DNA from: Eledone cirrhosa
Taxonomy: Eukaryota
Length of the DNA stretch: 64,000 nt
Assembly (NCBI GenBank): GCA_964016885.1
Contig: OZ024750.1
Span: forward strand, 32,302,001 to 32,366,000
Direction of reading: 5' to 3'
In this document: piece by piece, positions 43,475 through 56,079 of the stretch
Layout of the letters: every line of letters starts with the position of its first letter
How positions within the stretch are numbered: the stretch's first letter is position 1
Program-made: the position numbers and the translations under genes
Notes under the pieces: model-generated
What the model was told of the DNA's origin: nothing
What the model saw: only the letters and a program-made list of their open reading frames with translations
Databases searched by the model: none

Positions 43475-43900
43475 AAAAGAGACTTGCTTAAAAAGAGAGG
43501 GGACAGGAAAGAAAAGGAGACGTGCAGGAGAGAAAAAGAGGGAGATGAGGAAAGAAAAAGATACTTGCTTAAAAAGAGAGGGGACAGGAAAGAAAAGGAG
43601 ACGTGCAGGAGAGAAAAAGAGGGAGATGAGGAAAGAAAAAGATACTTGTTTAAAAAGAGAGGGGACAGGAAAGAAAAGGAGACGTGCAGGAGAGAAAAAG
43701 AGGGAGATGAGGAAAGAAAAAGATACTTGCTTAAAAAGAGAGGGGACAGGAAAGAAAAGGAGACGTGCAGGAGAGAAAAAGAGGGAGATGAGGAAAGAAA
43801 AAGATACTTGCTTAAAAAGAGAGGGGACAGGAAAGAAAAGGAGACGTGCAGGAGAGAAAAAGAGGGAGATGAGGAGATACTTGCTTACAAGAGAGGGGAG
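43475..43900. repeat. 81-bp purine-rich minisatellite, about 5 copies
   Basis: ACTTGCTTAAAAAGAGAGGGGACAGG... at 81-bp period. Confidence 0.95.
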
Positions 43901-44324
43901 AGGAGAGAAAAAGAGGGATAAATAGGAAGTCTTTTTATTCCAGAAATAGATATGTATGAGTGCCTCAAGTAAGACTTGATAGTTATTGTATCCTCCTCAC
44001 CACCAACAATATTAGCAACCACATTATTATTGAACTATTATGAGAAGAGCAATGAAAACCACTCTACAGCAACATTAACAATAACAAAAACACTAAACAC
44101 TGTTATAACTCTCCTGTCTTTATCAATAACTGAACTAGATGAGAGTTGATAGTTACTAACAACACACACAACAACATTACAACCAGTCGAAGTTGTTGCT
44201 GCTGTTGTTTAGGTCTGGTCCAGCTCTATTCCAGCAAATACATGATAAAAACAATTACACTCGTGACCGTCCCATCCTCTTTTATATCTAACACTAAATT
44301 GTCTAATATATCCTTTATTTAAAT

Positions 44325-44862
44325 CAGAGGTTCCCAAACATTTGGGACCACCAGCCCCCTCACGGCCATGTAATACCCTCAGCACTCCAACCCTATTTCA
44401 AGAGAGACTTGCCAACACACGAATTGTAAATAATATATGATAAATAAAATCATTAATTTATATGTAATAAATGATATATACTATATATAAATAAATAATA
44501 TATACTATATATAAATAAATATGATATACTATATAATCCGCCGAGATTAACTTTGCCTTTCATCATTATGGGGTCGATAAAATAGGGTACCAGTAATACA
44601 CTGGTTAATTGCTGTCCTTGTGCCAAAAGTAGAAACAATTATATACTATATATAAATAATATAATATATACTATATATAAATAAATAATGTATACTATAT
44701 ATAAATAAATACTATATATAAATAAATATTATATATTGTTATTTTACTATATGTATATATAATAGGTATCATTTGATATTTGATATACTATTATATCATC
44801 TCTGGCGTCTCCTTTGGCCGCAGTGCCCCCTGGACCTTCCCAACGCTCCTCGGATAACCAAA
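44325..44862. mobile_element. Possible hAT-type non-autonomous relic interrupted by a SINE (44538-44640)
   Basis: Begins CAGAGGTTCCCAAAC, which resembles hAT/Charlie termini. The right end is unclear. Confidence 0.35.
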
Positions 44863-45224
44863 GGATAAGATATAATTTAATAGAAACTTAGTTTTTATTT
44901 CTAACAGTTTGTCTGGCCGCCTAAAGGTACCTCCTTAAAAGGCTTTTCGAACGTTAGTTAAGCTTTAAACATGTCTAGTAGCAACAAATTGTTGTAACAG
45001 GGAACATAGATAAACATTTAGAGAGAAGTCAAGATGTTATCCATGTTTGGTGAGTCACGTGGAAATGGGTGGGAACAATGGACAAAAAAGAGCTGCAACT
45101 ATTGTAGAGTCTTGTTGATTACTAATATAATAAATTATTTTAACGATATTGTTTTTAACGATAATATATACCCTTTATATTTGACATCAGTATAATGACT
45201 CTTTTATGACAGGTCTTGTGCTGT

Positions 45225-45330
45225 TATTTTTCGTATTAAAATATAAGCCCTACCCGGAAAATAATTCCTAGAACCTTTTTTTAAGGGGAAAATAATACAG
45301 GACTTGTCTTATATTAGGTGAAACACAGTA
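45225..45330. mobile_element. pogo/Tigger-like MITE fragment
   Basis: Ends GTCTTATATTAGGTGAAACACAG-TA; internal ATAAGCCCTACCCGGAAAATAA. Confidence 0.4.
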
Positions 45331-45442
45331 TGTGTAATGGCGATCCAAATATACACAGAGTAATGCAATATATGTTCCAGTTTAGGGCCGAAGAAAATGT
45401 TTAAGGCTCAAGAGAACGGGCAGAAAAACGTCTATTATTTTA

Positions 45443-45546
45443 ATCCTGCCAAGGTTAACTTTGCCTTTCATCCTTACGGGCTCGATATAATAAAGTACCA
45501 GTAATACACTGGGTATTTGCTGGCCTTGTGCCTAACGTAGAAATAA
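45443..45546 (+). mobile_element. SINE family 1 fragment
   Basis: Conserved body. Confidence 0.75.
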
Positions 45547-46520
45547 TTATTTTATTGTGCATTAAATGTGTATTTGTGACATGAAAGAGATTAGATCACC
45601 AAGGCCCAGTTGAACGGGGTTTTCTTCTATCTATGGAAGTAGTTAGCGTGGGAACTTTGGAGTACTTATCGATGGTGCGTATATGAGATTGTTTAATAAA
45701 AGTTGAAACGCGTACCATCTGTATATTGGCGTGTGTTTTTAGAGGTAAAAGTTAGTAAGTCGTTGAATAACATTGTTTTCGGGGAAATGGTGAAAAGTAG
45801 TGATGTGTGACATAGGCAAGTATGTATCCGTCTGACCTAACTCTAAAGATGTGAAAGTAAACGCCAAAGGGACAGTAGGATGGTGGTTACTAATAGCTAT
45901 GTTTACATTATCATATTTCACATTCTGGAATTGAGATCGAAGAGTTGGTGTAGCAGATTCAAGGTGGTTCCCTTTCGTCGTGATGGGACACTGTGGAGAG
46001 TTGCCAAATATTGGAATATATTCTGATAGAGAAAGCGATAGAGTGATAGCTAGGCAAAGGCGATAATGGTCTCGATGATGGTGATGATGATAGTGTTGGT
46101 GAGAATGTACTCACTTTGACATCGTTATTCTCGGCTTAAAGTCGTTACTTTCACTTTGAAGCGATAGGATCTCACATTGAAGAAGAAGAAGAAGAAGAAG
46201 AAGAAGAAGAAGAAGAAGAAGAAGAAGAAGAAGAAGACTATCTATAGGATCTGAGTGGCTTTTGAAAGTATCACCAGCGCTTATAGTTTTTATATTTTTT
46301 TGGTTTAGTTTTGAAAGCATGTTTCACTCGTTCAACAACGAAGTAAAAATATTTCTGTTGGCCAACATTCGTCTGTATATTAGAGGAAAATGTTTATCAA
46401 CATAGATATTTCCAGCGTAGATATTACGATTGTCAGAAAAAAACATTATGAGATGCATTAGAATTTCTTGTTGTACGCACCAGCTTATAACTAGTGGAAT
46501 TTCATGAAGAATTATAACAT

Positions 46521-46565
<45 letters not shown>

Positions 46566-46699
46566 ATGGGTGTATGTATATGTGTGTGTGTGTGTATGTG
46601 TGTGTGTGTATGTATATATATGTGTGTGTGTGTGTGTGTTTGTGATTGAGTTTTGGGGCAGTTTTTGAAAGCATTGTGTTAATATAACAAATTTTAAGA

Positions 46700-46922
46700 A
46701 TTGCAAGGCCAAATAATGGTTTCTGGTTCATGAAGGTCACCAATTGGGGGGGGGGGGATGAAAGTCGATTAAATTCACACCAGTACGTATCTGGTATTAT
46801 ATAGTATCTACCCCGTAAGGGCGAATGGCAAAGCTAACCCCGGCGGGTTTTGAACTCAGTGCCCGAACAAATAGTATAAAGCATGTTACCCAACGCTCTA
46901 CCGATACTGCCAATCCATCGCC
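46700..46922 (-). mobile_element. SINE family 1 (diverged)
   Basis: CTCTACCGATACTGCCAATCC head and TTTGAACTCAG B box on the minus strand. Confidence 0.7.
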
Positions 46923-47432
46923 CCTTGAAATGTATATAAAACTTAAATGCAGTGCATTATTAACAAATTTTCCAGTCTAAAAGACTCTCATGAGGCACAA
47001 ATATTTCAGGCCAATGATTGGGGGAAGTTTCATGAGAGCTGTGTCACGTAGTGATCCATTTCTAGTTGATTCAATCATCAGAACTGCCTACCCATGAAAT
47101 TAACGTGTAATAACGTGTGAGTGACTGAGCATTGCACAGACACGTGTACCCTTAACGTAGTTCTCCTGGAGATTCAGTGTGACACAGTGTGTAACAAGGC
47201 TGGCCCCTTGAAATTCAGGTTTAAATAATTTTTCCAGATGAGTGGACTGGAGAAACCTGAAATAAAGTATCTTATACAAAGACACAATGCACCGTCCTGT
47301 TCGAGAATCGAAATTACGACTTTATAATCATGAGTCAAATACCCTAACTACTAAACCTCACATCTTCACATATGCATGCATACATACATACGTACATACC
47401 TGACATGCATACCTACCTACATACATGCATAT

Positions 47433-47682
47433 ATGGTGGCTGCCAACTCGTTTTCGAGTACGGCCACTACTTTATATCCATGTAGGAGAACCCCTACCGA
47501 TGCGCTGAACGAGTGTGACTTTTTAGTCCAGCCAGCGACTTGATAACTCTGGTACAAACACTACACCTGTGACAATTATTGACACATATTGCTGGGCCCA
47601 TACTACCATGTGACGACAAGTGCAGAGTGATCTCCAGATATAAAGTAATGCCTGTGCCGTGAAGTTTTTATAGTGATCAAAG
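47433..47682. repeat. Unclassified dispersed repeat, second copy at 58558-58811
   Basis: About 250 bp of high identity (ATGGTGGCTGCCAACTCGTTTTCGAGTACGG...), both copies next to TACA microsatellite. Confidence 0.8.
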
Positions 47683-48737
47683 GTTTCTTGGTGAGGAGGG
47701 TGGCTTTGGACATCCTGCAGGACTAAAAACACAACCTGTCAAAGGGCAAAGGGGCTCTTAAGAGTCAATAGCCATCCAAAATCACATGCATATATACATG
47801 CATACATACATGCATACATACATGCATATATACATGCATACATACATATATACATACATATATAGATACGTTCACATACACAAATTCGCCCACAAACACT
47901 GACACCCACACACTGGCACTCAAATACCGACCACTTTAAAGATTATACCAATCTATAGCACTCAAACACATACTATTACTAACACTAACACTAATATTAA
48001 TATTAATATTTATAAGTAAACATAAAATATTCAATGGATTCAAACACGAGTCATTATTTCTGAAAGTTTTCAGTTCCGTCTTTCTGAAATAAATAAATAT
48101 ATTGTTTACTTTCTTCTTAATATTTCCTTCTATTCTTTGAGATTCCTACTTAAGAGATTTTATGTTATTTCTTTTCATTTCTTTGAAAACTACTTCATAC
48201 TATCGAGAATTTTGAGAGAGTTTAGCATTTGTCCAGTTTATGAAAAACTGTCGTATACAATAATAAATTCAAATTGAAATTTACCTTTTTCATAGACACT
48301 AAGCTCTTCGAAGACAATAGATTAATTGAATCCATATATATTGTGATTCTCACATAAACTCAGCAAAAATATATTAGTTAAGCTTTCAAAGGAAACGACT
48401 CAAGTTTTCAACAACGCGCATCCTTTTCAATGGAAGAAGAGAACTATTTACTGAATGAAACAACAAGACCTCTGGTGAAAATTAGTTTCTAGTACATAAC
48501 ACTTGGAAATATAAATTACAACGAATCACTATCAACTCATACATACATGTATACAATCAATAACGTATTCTTAAATCAGTTTAATATAACAACAAAAAAA
48601 ACAATATACAAAACCTCGCTATTCGTTATCGAATTTGTGGTCGGAATTAGAGATATCCTACATATATGACAAACCCAAGTTTAACAATCGAACTTTCCTT
48701 TTCTCAATAATAAAATACTTAATTTCCTTTTTCATAT

Positions 48738-48922
48738 TTGTTTCTACTTTAGGGACAAGGCCAGCAATTACCCAGTTCATTACTGGTACTTTATTTTATC
48801 GACCCCGTAAGGATGAAAGGCAAAGTCAACCTCGGCGGGATTTGAACTCAGATCGTAAAGGGACGTAACTATGCTGGAAAGCATGGCGTCCGACCCTCTA
48901 CCGATACTGCCAATCCACCGCC
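48738..48922 (-). mobile_element. SINE family 1 (full length)
   Basis: Near-consensus copy. Confidence 0.85.
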
Positions 48923-49009
48923 TTTTCATATTGTTTATAGTTTAGTTAGAAGAAGGAAAAGTTCCCATGAATGCAAACTTACTGAAACTGGTGAGCTTGA
49001 CGCCGTTAA

Positions 49010-49131
49010 TGTTCTGAGTTCAAATCCCGCCGAGGTTAACTTTGTCTTTTATCCTTACGGGGGTCGATAAAATAAAGTACCGGTAATGCACTGAGATAAT
49101 TGCTGGCCTTGTGCCAAAGGTAGAAACAATT
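49010..49131 (+). mobile_element. SINE family 1, 5'-truncated
   Basis: B box plus body. Confidence 0.8.
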
Positions 49132-50129
49132 ATTATCACACAACCAAAACATTTCCAGAATCTCAATGTTACTCTTCGTTGATTAAAAGCAACGAAAACC
49201 AATTTCAAGTCTATCTGTTAAAACATATTTCTAGAGCCATCACATGCCTCATTGATCCTGTATGTGCTTTCATTGAGTGTCGGTCTAGAAAGCAATCATT
49301 GGTGCATATTGATTGATAAATTGAAAATAGATTTAACACATCCATTATCATTGAAATATTCGAAAGCATTAAATAGATTTAACTAACTTAATTTCACGAC
49401 TTATACAAACATTTCCAGCAGTAGACCTTGATTTTCACATTTCAGGAAATCCATAGGATCATTGAATAAAACTGATCTTATGTTTTAATAAAGCCAATGG
49501 AACCCTTCTTTGAGTAGAAATAAATGCGACTAGATTTGACTGAAAACAGAAACTGGATTATGACCAACTACACAACGATTTTACGTTTAGCAGTAAATAG
49601 ATATTACATGTGATAGTAAATAAATGAGAACAGAAGATCCATTTAAGAAAAAAAAAGTTTAAGGAGGAAATTGGAAGTTCTTACGTTAGCGCTTGTCAAA
49701 CTGAATAAGAAGCGAATTTGTTTGAATTCGGAAAAGGTTGCTAAAAGCATTACTTTGATTCTACTCGCTACCATAGATGACAGAGAAAAATATGTAATAT
49801 AGTTATTAAGTAACTCATATTAATTCAGATCTATTGATCATGGATCTGATATCCGTGTCTGACTAAAAAATCATACTTTCAGATGTACTGATCATGAGTC
49901 TGACTAATAGCCATATTTCAAGTTTACTGATCGCGTGTCCGATATCCATATTTGACTATTAGCCAACATCGATTTTCATATGCAAAATTTCATATAGGGT
50001 TTAGCTTATTCTGTCTCAGTACCGAGTGAGTAAATGTCACTGATGACAAAAACAACTGTTTGACATAATCAGAGGCAACTGATCACGGCTCAAAATAAAG
50101 TATTTATAGCGAGACTGTTGTAAGTTTAT

Positions 50130-50298
50130 TATCGGTAGAGAGTCTGACGCCATGCTTTGTAGCAAAGAGTTACGGCTCTTTATGGGCTGAGTTCAACTCC
50201 CGCCGAGGTTAACTTTTCCTTTCATCCTTACGGCGTCGATAAAATAAAGTACCAGTAATGGACTGGGTAATTGCTGGCCTTGTGCCAAAAGAAGAAAC
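50130..50298 (+). mobile_element. SINE family 1
   Basis: Near full length. Confidence 0.85.
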
Positions 50299-50417
50299 TA
50301 TTATATATAGATATATCGTATATGTCTTCATACACATCCCAATTAAGCAATTAAGAACTATGCTCTGTTACTGCTTCTGCTTATATATATATATATATAT
50401 ATATACATAATAATAAT

Positions 50418-50596
50418 AATTGTTTCTACTTTTGGCACAGGGCCAGCAATTATCCAGTACATTACTGGTACTTTATTTTATCGACCCCGTAAGGATGAAA
50501 GGCAAAGTCAACCTCTGCGGGATTTGAACTCAGATCGTAAAGAGACGTAGCTATGCTGGAAAGCATGGCGTCCGACCCTCTACCGATACTGCCAAT
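50418..50596 (-). mobile_element. SINE family 1
   Basis: Near full length, inverted relative to the previous copy. Confidence 0.85.
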
Positions 50597-52228
50597 AATA
50601 ATAATGGTAATAATAATTATGAAGACCAAACTTCATATATATATATATATATATATGAATTGGGAGGGTTTCATATAGCTTCATCACATTCAGCGATGGT
50701 TATTGTTTAATGATTGGCTGGTATTTGCAATATGGCGTGGGATTGTGAAGTATTTGTCCGTTTGAAGCTATGGTTACGTTATGAAGAAGGTGGAGCGGGG
50801 AACAGTACAGTTATAGAATCACTTTATATTTTTCTAAATTTAGTTATTTCTGCATTTATTTCTTAAAATTGATTTCTTAATAATTGGAATATATATTTGT
50901 GGCTCTTATGCGAGCATATAGAAATTGATTTATTGAATAACACTACGAATTCTAGCAGTGAAAACTAATTTTGAGTTTGGTAATTTCTAAAGTTTGTTAT
51001 TAATTATTTCATACTAATTGGAGGTTTTATATATGAAATAGTGATTGTATATATAATTGACTTTATTGAAATATTGCCAGACTCTTATTATTGCTAATTG
51101 ATAATAAGAAGTCATTCAGTTATATTCCTTCTTTCCCGATCGCTATGTTAGGTGAATTATTTTTTTAATTTTTAGTAATCTATTTCTACCTAATTTTGGT
51201 TTCGTGGCAATTAAGAAATTACGGATATCCTCAATTTCGTGTGCTTGGATATGTTTGGAAAAGGTCACGAATGTTTACGATTATTTATTTGACACTTGCC
51301 CTTTAATATGCAAATTTATAAACGATATTTGCATGACCCTTTGATCCAGAAAGTTCTAGAGAAAAGCGTGAATATTATAAAGTCCTTGACGTTAATGATT
51401 TTGTAGCAAACGTGACAATCTGTATACTAAATGATTATATTTAAAGTTGCTGGGGATGGGGGGTCTAAGAAATCTCTATGAGTAATATATATGTTGTGAA
51501 GTAACGTGGCCTAGTGGTAAGGCTGTTGGACGTACAATCTTAATGCCATGGATTCCATTCCTGGAGCACCTTGTGTGTTGGGGTCTTAACCTAAACACTT
51601 CATTTCTCGTTGCTTCAGTATAATCAGGTGACCCGCCACGGACACCAGAATAAGCATCGGCCTGATGAGCCTCCGGTATATATATATGTACTCTCATAGA
51701 CAGACACACACACACACATATACATATATACATGTGTGTGTGAGAAAGGGAGACGCATTCAATCGGGGGTAACCACAGTAAGTAAGGTACTCAATACATT
51801 AGTATAGTATATATAACAAATGTAATATAGATATAGAAATGGCTTCTACACGACTAAAACTGTTTCATTCGAAGAAAATCATCCAGATATTATACACCGC
51901 CCCCGCCCCAACTCTCAAGAGCGTGAACCTAATATACCTTTATTTGTCTGCCTCTCTGTTTTGTTCCCGTCCAAAGTTGCACTATATATATAATTATATA
52001 TATATACAATTAAGTTAAAAATGTACATCCACATATGTATACTGAAATACTAGTATGCATATGAATACACACACGTATACATATGTAGATGTACCGAGTT
52101 TTTCACTGGTCACTTTACTGTGAGTGTCCAGCTATTCTGTATGTAAACACACAGACAAACCGGTTTTTAGAGTCATACTGGTTTTTGAGGAAACACCTTT
52201 CCTCTATTCTCCAGAAAGCCAGACAAGG

Positions 52229-52273
52229 AATATTGAACTAGTTTCGTTGTTGTTACAACTCATCAGCAATATT
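52229..52273 (-). ncRNA. Type I HHR (family A)
   Basis: Reverse complement of 54163-54207. Confidence 0.85.
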
Positions 52274-52694
52274 TACCTATCTTCCGGCCTTTCTAGAGAA
52301 TCGTAAAAGCACATATCGTTATATGCTTTTTCTATGAAAATTAGTAGTGGGCAGACTAATTTGCATAGAGCGTGAGTACGTACCGGTTCAACGGAGACGA
52401 TAAAAACAAATAACGAAACGAAATTAAATTTCGTTTCGTTTGTAACTCACTTTTGTATGACTGACGCTTAAACAATTAAGTTAAAAATGTACATCCACAT
52501 ATGTATACTGAAATACTAGTATGCATATGAATACACACACGTATACATATGTAGATGTACCGAGTTTTTCACTGGTCACTTTACTGTGAGTGTCCAGCTA
52601 TTCTGTATGTAAACACACAGGCAAACCGGTTTTTAGAGTCATACTGGTTTTTGAGGAAACACCTTTCCTCTATTCTCCAGAAAGCCAGACAAGG

Positions 52695-52739
52695 AATATT
52701 GAACTAGTTTCGTTGTTGTTACAACTCATCAGCAATATT
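52695..52739 (-). ncRNA. Type I HHR (family A)
   Basis: Identical copy, +466 bp. Confidence 0.85.
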
Positions 52740-53160
52740 TACCTATCTTCCGGCCTTTCTAGAGAATCGTAAAAGCACATATCGTTATATGCTTTTTCTA
52801 TGAAAATTAGTAGTGGGCAGACTAATTTGCATAGAGCGTGAGTACGTACCGGTTCAACGGAGACGATAAAAACAAATAACGAAACGAAATTAAATTTCGT
52901 TTCGTTTGTAACTCACTTTTGTATGACTGACGCTTAAGCAATTAAGTTAAAAATGTACATCCACATATGTATACTGAAATACTAGTATGCATATGAATAC
53001 ACACACGTATACATATGTAGATGTACCGAGTTTTTCACTGGTCACTTTACTGTGAGTGTCCAGCTATTCTGTATGTAAACACACAGACAAACCGGTTTTT
53101 AGAGTCATACTGGTTTTTGAGGAAACACCTTTCCTCTATTCTCCAGAAAGCCAGACAAGG

Positions 53161-53205
53161 AATATTGAACTAGTTTCGTTGTTGTTACAACTCATCAGCA
53201 ATATT
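53161..53205 (-). ncRNA. Type I HHR (family A)
   Basis: Identical copy. Confidence 0.85.
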
Positions 53206-53626
53206 TACCTATCTTCCGGCCTTTCTAGAGAATCGTAAAAGCACATATCGTTATATGCTTTTTCTATGAAAATTAGTAGTGGGCAGACTAATTTGCATAG
53301 AGCGTGAGTACGTACCGGTTCAACGGAGACGATAAAAACAAATAACGAAACGAAATTAAATTTCGTTTCGTTTGTAACTCACTTTTGTATGACTGACGCT
53401 TAAACAATTAAGTTAAAAATGTACATCCACATATGTATACTGAAATACTAGTATGCATATGAATACACACACGTATACATATGTAGATGTACCGAGTTTT
53501 TCACTGGTCACTTTACTGTGAGTGTCCAGCTATTCTGTATGTAAACACACAGACAAACCGGTTTTTAGAGTCATACTGGTTTTTGAGGAAACACCTTTCC
53601 TCTATACTCCAGAAAGCCAGACAAGG

Positions 53627-53671
53627 AATATTGAACTAGTTTCGTTGTTGTTACAACTCATCAGCAATATT
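53627..53671 (-). ncRNA. Type I HHR (family A)
   Basis: Identical copy. Confidence 0.85.
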
Positions 53672-54069
53672 TACCTATCTTCCGGCCTTTCTAGAGAATC
53701 GTAAAAGCACATATCGTTATATGCTTTTTCTATGAACGGAGACGATAAAAACATTCTGGAGAATAGAGGAAAGGTGTTTCCTCAAAAACCAGTATGACTC
53801 TAAAAACCGGTTTGTCTGTGTGTTTACATACAGAATAGCTGGACACTCACAGTAAAGTGACCAGTGAAAAACTCGGTACATCTACATATGTATACGTGTG
53901 TGTATTCATATGCATACTAGTATTTCAGTATACATATGTGGATGTACATTTTTAACTTAATTGTTTAAGCGTCAGTCATACAAAAGTGAGTTACAAACGA
54001 AACGAAATTTAATTTCGTTTCGTTATTTGTTTTTATCGTCTCCGTTGAACCGGTACGTACTCACGCTCT

Positions 54070-54117
54070 ATGCAAATTAGTCTGCCCACTACTAATTTTC
54101 ATAGAAAAAGCATATAA
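54070..54117 (+). promoter_or_regulatory. Octamer + PSE-like + TATA-like block, family A (one per complete unit)
   Basis: ATGCAAATTAGTCTGCCCACTACTAATTTTCATAGAAAAAGCATATAA. Function is inferred. Confidence 0.5.
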
Positions 54118-54162
54118 CGATATGTGCTTTTACGATTCTCTAGAAAGGCCGGAAGATAGGTA

Positions 54163-54207
54163 AATATTGCTGATGAGTTGTAACAACAACGAAACTAGTT
54201 CAATATT
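54163..54207 (+). ncRNA. Type I HHR (family A)
   Basis: AATATTG|CTGATGA|GTTGT-aaca-ACAAC|GAA-AC-ta-GT-T|CAATATT. Perfect core, 7-bp helix I, 5-bp helix II, palindromic ACTAGT helix III, GUU site. Confidence 0.88.
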
Positions 54208-54628
54208 CCTTGTCTGGCTTTCTGGAGAATAGAGGAAAGGTGTTTCCTCAAAAACCAGTATGACTCTAAAAACCGGTTTGTCTGTGTGTTTACATACAGA
54301 ATAGCTGGACACTCACAGTAAAGTGACCAGTGAAAAACTCGGTACATCTACATATGTATACGTGTGTGTATTCATATGCATACTAGTATTTCAGTATACA
54401 TATGTGGATGTACATTTTTAACTTAATTGTTTAAGCGTCAGTCATACAAAAGTGAGTTACAAACGAAACGAAATTTAATTTCGTTTCGTTATTTGTTTTT
54501 ATCGTCTCCGTTGAACCGGTACGTACTCACGCTCTATGCAAATTAGTCTGCCCACTACTAATTTTCATAGAAAAAGCATATAACGATATGTGCTTTTACG
54601 ATTCTCTAGAAAGGCCGGAAGATAGGTA

Positions 54629-54673
54629 AATATTGCTGATGAGTTGTAACAACAACGAAACTAGTTCAATATT
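54629..54673 (+). ncRNA. Type I HHR (family A)
   Basis: Identical copy. Confidence 0.88.
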
Positions 54674-54961
54674 CCTTGTCTGGCTTTCTGGAGAATAGAG
54701 GAAAGGTGTTTCCTCAAAAACCAGTATGACTCTAAAAACCGGTTTGTCTGTGTGTTTACATACAGAATAGCTGGACACTCACAGTAAAGTGACCAGTGAA
54801 AAACTCGGTACATCTACATATGTATACGTGTGTGTATTCATATGCATACTAGTATTTCAGTATACATATGTGGATGTACATTTTTAACTTAATTGTTTAA
54901 GCGTCAGTCATACAAAAGTGAGTTACAAACGAAACGAAATTTAATTTCGTTTCGTTATTTG

Positions 54962-54992
<31 letters not shown>

Positions 54993-55115
54993 GAATATAG
55001 ACATAGAATATTCGAAAATATTCTGTATGTTTATAATAAACATTTTGAAGACCTAATCGCTATAGAATAGAATACGTCACGTATTACAATTAGATTCTCG
55101 ATAAAAGCAAGGGAA

Positions 55116-55158
55116 GTAATCTACGCGTTTCATTCTTGTTAGAAATCATCAGGACTAC
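55116..55158 (-). ncRNA. Type I HHR (family C)
   Basis: Reverse complement of 55516-55558. Confidence 0.8.
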
Positions 55159-55515
55159 ATATCCAGTGCTTTTATCGAGAATGACACAGCTAGAGACTTA
55201 TAGAATACTTAGCTGTGTACAGGAACTGGTTTGAAAGAGCGGTTGCCGGTCCGGCAGAAATTAGAAATTGGAATAAATGCTCTGAAATAGCGATATATAT
55301 GTGAATATAGACATAGAATATTCGAAAATATTCTGTATGTTTATAATAAACATTTTGAAGACCTAATCGCTATAGAATAGAATACGTCACGTATTACAAT
55401 TAGATTCTCGATAAAAGCAAGGGAAGTAATCTCGCTCTTTCAAACCAGTTCCTGTACACAGCTAAGTATTCTATAAGTCTCTAGCTGTGTCATTCTCGAT
55501 AAAAGCACTGGATAT

Positions 55516-55558
55516 GTAGTCCTGATGATTTCTAACAAGAATGAAACGCGTAGATTAC
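55516..55558 (+). ncRNA. Type I HHR (family C)
   Basis: GTAGTC|CTGATGA|t-TTCT-aaca-AGAA-t|GAA-AC-gc-GT-A|GATTAC, closed by a 16-bp stem ATTCTCGATAAAAGCA/TGCTTTTATCGAGAAT. Confidence 0.8.
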
Positions 55559-55826
55559 TTCCCTTGCTTTTATCGAGAATCTAATTGTAATACGTGACGT
55601 ATTCTATTCTATAGCGATTAGGTCTTCAAAATGTTTATTATAAACATACAGAATATTTTCGAATATTCTATGTCTATATTCACATATATATCGCTATTTC
55701 AGAGCATTTATTCCAATTTCTAATTTCTGCCGGACCGGCAACCGCTCTTTCAAACCAGTTCCTGTACACAGCTAAGTATTCTATAAGTCTCTAGCTGTGT
55801 CATTCTCGATAAAAAGCACTGGATAT

Positions 55827-55869
55827 GTAGTCCTGATGATTTCTAACAAGAATGAAACGCGTAGATTAC
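55827..55869 (+). ncRNA. Type I HHR (family C)
   Basis: Identical copy, +311 bp. Confidence 0.8.
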
Positions 55870-56023
55870 TTCCCTTGCTTTTATCGAGAATCTAATTGTA
55901 ATACGTGACGTATTCTATTCTATAGCGATTAGGTCTTCAAAATGTTTATTATAAACATACAGAATATTTTCGAATATTCTATGTCTATATTCACATATAT
56001 ATCGCTATTTCAGAGCATTTATC

Positions 56024-56079
<56 letters not shown>

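Larger units (their letters stand above)
52006..54968. mobile_element. HHR repeat family A: 466-bp tandem array arranged as a head-to-head palindrome (retrozyme-like)
   Basis: Left arm 52006-53753 (about 3.7 units, ribozyme on -). Right arm 53754-54968 (about 2.6 units, ribozyme on +). Units are almost identical. TA runs on both sides. Confidence 0.9.
54991..56027. mobile_element. HHR repeat family C: 310-bp tandem array arranged as a head-to-head palindrome
   Basis: Left arm 54991-55432 (minus sense, about 1.4 units). Right arm 55433-56027 (plus sense, about 1.9 units). (TA)n on both sides. Confidence 0.9.

Noticed and set aside
43484-43925. Charged 27-aa repeat ORFs
   Set aside because: By-product of a T-poor 81-bp minisatellite.
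50690-51900. Possible decayed PLE region, paired inverted octamers (about 51308-51334) and a CTGGATGA...GAAAC motif (minus, about 51860-51890)
   Set aside because: Too degenerate to support by eye.
52600-52950. Two A>G differences between family A units as ADAR footprints
   Set aside because: Only two sites, and they are on the strand antisense to the ribozyme.
52124-54778. Six copies of a 60-aa ORF
   Set aside because: GTG start, antisense to the ribozyme, no domain; repeated only because the unit is repeated.
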